This document shows positions 63,601-64,000 of a stretch of 64,000 nucleotides of DNA, piece by piece. The notes beneath the pieces are model-generated. The model saw only the letters and a list, made by a program, of their open reading frames with translations, had not been told where the DNA came from and did not search any database. Made by a program: the position numbers and the translations under genes. How positions within the stretch are numbered: position 1 is the stretch's first letter; the number at the start of each line of letters is the position of its first letter. The DNA comes from Vermamoeba vermiformis (Eukaryota): positions 62,001-126,000 of the forward strand of contig JBEWZL010000036.1 in NCBI GenBank assembly GCA_045837725.1. The letters are read 5' to 3'.

Positions 63601-63864
63601 CGCATTGAAGAATTGACGCCGTTCCCTGCTGAAGAACTTGAGCAAGAAATGTTCAAGTACCGTCACGTGATGCAATTCGTGTGGTGTCAAGAAGAGCCTC
63701 AGAACATGGGCGCGTGGTCATTCATTGCCCCTCGCTTCAAGAACTTCTTGAACATTGATTTGCAGCTCGTCAGCCAACCTCCTTTGGGACCCTCCGCTGT
63801 CGGCAACAGTGCTGCTCATCAGTACTGGTCTAAGCACGTCATTAGCTCGTGCTTCGATATTTAA
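60605..63864 (+). CDS. DHTKD1: 2-oxoadipate dehydrogenase E1 (DHTKD1-like; OGDH family), mitochondrial
   Basis: [59 protein letters not shown]; these variants resemble DHTKD1 more than OGDH. Confidence 0.85.
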
Positions 63865-64000
63865 ATGAATATCAACACTATTGTGCTATTAATATCTCAA
63901 GTATATTCAATTGGCATTCAAAAAAGTCAACGATACAAATGTAAATAAAAAAATTACAAGCAAACTACCGCGAAGTTTATTTACATAACGTTAGCCAGGA

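Overview
Gene-dense eukaryotic nuclear DNA with short GT-AG introns (mostly about 40-70 nt; first introns are often longer and AT-rich) and about 31 protein-coding genes, many in head-to-head pairs. The cytochrome c sequence and gene content suggest an amoebozoan protist (inference). Most genes are housekeeping: APC1, a KCTD-type BTB protein, BCAT, cytochrome c, a calmodulin-like protein, myotrophin, ACX4-like acyl-CoA oxidase, adenylate kinase-like protein, BAR-RhoGAP, ARV1, RPE, Nup107, SLC35F5-like transporter, TrpRS, WDR81, a PsuG-PsuK fusion, GCDH, WDR5, INTS7, CSN1, PARP1-like and DHTKD1. Six things stand out. (1) The first ~17 kb is saturated, in introns and exons, with palindromes resembling transcription-factor sites (TGACACGTGTCA, CC(A/T)6GG, CTA(A/T)4TAG, TCACGTGA, TTCACTGAA), and some double as splice signals. 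(2) An inverted pair of genes fuses a multi-pass, nucleotide-sugar-transporter-like domain to a polysaccharide [18 protein letters not shown]. (3) A NEK-like kinase is fused to a GNAT acetyltransferase. (4) A probably lipid-anchored protein has a ~570-residue charged single-alpha-helix rod and a DFRxxL actin-binding tail. (5) There is a divergent PCNA. (6) There is a three-gene tandem family of unknown CxCxxC proteins with a probable gene-conversion tract. No RNA genes, CRISPR arrays or transposons were recognised. Gene coordinates span introns, were read by eye and may be off by a few bases.
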